Assembly (NCBI GenBank): GCA_020636995.1
Contig: JACJWU010000005.1
Location: 130,331 to 194,330 of the forward strand
Origin: Actinomycetota bacterium
GTDB taxonomy: Bacteria; Actinomycetota; Actinomycetes; S36-B12; UBA10799
Length of the DNA: 64,000 bases
Direction of reading: 5' to 3'
Made by a program: the position numbers and the translations under genes. The notes below the pieces were generated by a model. It did no database searches, was not told the origin of the DNA, and worked only from the letters and a program-made list of their open reading frames with translations. Every line of letters begins with the position of its first letter. Position 1 is the first letter of the stretch. Positions 62,659 through 64,000 of the stretch are shown in pieces.

Positions 62659-63485
62659 CAGGTCACCTCCTGCAGGTCGGCTCCGATGTCCAAGGCCTTC
62701 ACCGAGTGTGTCAACGCCCCCACCGCCACGTAGTCGACACCGGTGTCGGCGACATCCGCGGCGTTCTCGAGGGTCAGTCCACCAGACGCCTCGAGAAGCG
62801 CGCGTCCAGCGTTGATCGCCACCGCCTCGCGCATCTGATCGGGGGTGAAGTTGTCCAGCAGCACCAGGTCCGCGCCCGCCTCCAGAACCTCGGCGAGCTG
62901 CTCGAGCGAGTCGACCTCCACCTCCACCGGCAGCCCCGGGTACATGCTGCGCACCGCGTTGAACGCCTGCGTCACACCGCCGGCCGCCACGACGTGGTTG
63001 TCCTTGACCAGCGCCGCATCCGACAGTGACATCCGGTGGTTGACCCCACCCCCGCACCGCACGGCGTACTTCTGCAGGGCCCGAAGCCCGGGCAGGGTCT
63101 TGCGGGTGTCGCGCACCCTGGGGCCGTCGGGGCCGAGCACCTCGACCCAGGCAGCCGTCGCGGTGGCGACCCCGGAGAGGTGGGTCAGCAGGTTGAGGGC
63201 AGTGCGTTCGGCGGTCAGCAGCGCCCGAGTGGGACCCACCGCACTGAGCAATACCTCCCCACGCCGCACCCGGTCACCATCGGCGGCGTGCAACGTGACC
63301 TCGATCGGTCCCACGATCTCGAAGACCCGCTCGGCGACCTCCAAGCCGGCGACCACCCCGTCCGTGCGGGCCACGAGATCCAACTGGGACCGATGGTCCA
63401 CGGGGATGGTGGCCGTCGACGTCACATCCGGGCCGTCGGCAAGGTCCTCGGCCAGAGCCGTCTCGATGAGAGCATCAACATTCAC
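62658..63485 (-). CDS. nadC: Nicotinate-nucleotide diphosphorylase (carboxylating)
   Basis: ALAEDLADGPDVTSTATIP...RDTRKTLPGLRALQKYAVRCGGGVNHRMSLSDAALVKDNH is present. It is 275 aa. Confidence 0.9.
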   Translation of the reverse strand: MNVDALIETALAEDLADGPDVTSTATIPVDHRSQLDLVARTDGVVAGLEVAERVFEIVGPIEVTLHAADGDRVRRGEVLLSAVGPTRALLTAERTALNLLTHLSGVATATAAWVEVLGPDGPRVRDTRKTLPGLRALQKYAVRCGGGVNHRMSLSDAALVKDNHVVAAGGVTQAFNAVRSMYPGLPVEVEVDSLEQLAEVLEAGADLVLLDNFTPDQMREAVAINAGRALLEASGGLTLENAADVADTGVDYVAVGALTHSVKALDIGADLQEVT

Positions 63486-64000
63486 ACGCCGCCTCCTCGG
63501 TCACCATCTCCCCGTCCACGACGCGCGTCTGCAGACGCACCAGCCAGCGGTCGCTGGCCTCCGGGAAGTCCTCCCGCCAGTGCGAACCACGCGTCTCCTC
63601 GCGGATCAGCGCAGCCCGTGCCAGCGCCTCACCGACGAACAGCAGATTCGTCATCTCCCAGGACCCTGTCGTGGGGGTGCCCGCATCGAAGATGGTCAAG
63701 GCGGCCAGCGTCGCGGACAGGGAGCCCGCGCTGCGCAGAACCCCTGCGCCTTCGGTCATGACACCTTGGAAGCGGCGCCGATCGCTCGGGTCGGCGGTCC
63801 AGGGTCGCTGCTTGGCCACCGGGTCACGGCGGGTGAAGGACTCCTTGGCGAGCACATCAGCGATGCGATCGGCGAACACCAGGCCCTCCAGCAGCGAGTT
63901 GCTCGCCAAGCGGTTCGCGCCGTGCACGCCGGTGCAGGAGCACTCACCACAGGCGTAGAGCCCGGGAACGGTCGTGCGCCCCCACAGATCGGTGCGCAGG
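63475..64000 (-). CDS. nadB: L-aspartate oxidase, C-terminal part (gene continues beyond the right edge of the window)
   Basis: HGANRLASNSLLEGLVFADRIA...EETRGSHWREDFPE is present. The frame is open to position 64000. It overlaps the nadC start by 11 nt. Confidence 0.85.
   Translation of the reverse strand, partial: LRTDLWGRTTVPGLYACGECSCTGVHGANRLASNSLLEGLVFADRIADVLAKESFTRRDPVAKQRPWTADPSDRRRFQGVMTEGAGVLRSAGSLSATLAALTIFDAGTPTTGSWEMTNLLFVGEALARAALIREETRGSHWREDFPEASDRWLVRLQTRVVDGEMVTEEAACEC

Overview
This window is a gene-dense, high-G+C segment of an actinobacterial chromosome. I estimate roughly 70% G+C by eye and did not compute it. Mycothiol synthase, mycoredoxin, a GlnR-type regulator and GpgS all point to Actinomycetota. 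I cannot name a genus.

I can support about 70 CDS, one tRNA-Thr(UGU), one SAM-I riboswitch, several operator and terminator candidates, and a notable set of intergenic repeat arrays.

Most of the content is conserved core metabolism, arranged in blocks that I recall as syntenic with Mycobacterium tuberculosis loci. That recollection comes from memory and was not searched.
- gpgS, DUF3263, glgA and glgC.
- An XRE regulator followed by a Lys/Ala-rich HbhA-like protein.
- pstSCAB, then mutT1, a CYTH-CHAD gene and ppk1.
- mshD, glnR, a thioredoxin, and further on a nitrobindin/FABP-like gene and ygfZ.
- coaX, nadC and nadB.

Other content includes a five-gene peptide ABC transporter, oligopeptidase B, pgm, dtpT, thrC, cspA, and a tightly coupled five-gene CoA-ligase, crotonase, thioesterase, amidohydrolase and GNAT operon.

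I see no CRISPR array, transposase, integrase, prophage, toxin-antitoxin pair or recognisable defence system. The only mobile-type gene is a DUF222/HNH (REP13E12-type) endonuclease, which sits in a small islet that looks lower in G+C.

The least explained signals are non-coding.
1. Arrays of a 19-bp-periodic GTTAG/CTAAC unit flank a P1-peptidase / deacetylase gene pair. One array has 10 tandem copies. A 10-nt copy of the unit core also sits at the glgA/glgC divergent start region.
2. A 61-bp MIRU-like tandem unit occurs at two loci.
3. A conserved long-stem hairpin of about 50 nt (TGCGCGGTTAC ... GTAACCGCGCA) occurs three times in the same orientation.
4. Several other intergenic regions are built from direct plus inverted copies of a locus-specific core.

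All protein family calls were made by eye from motifs and have not been checked against any database. Many start codons are inferred from stop/start overlaps and could shift.
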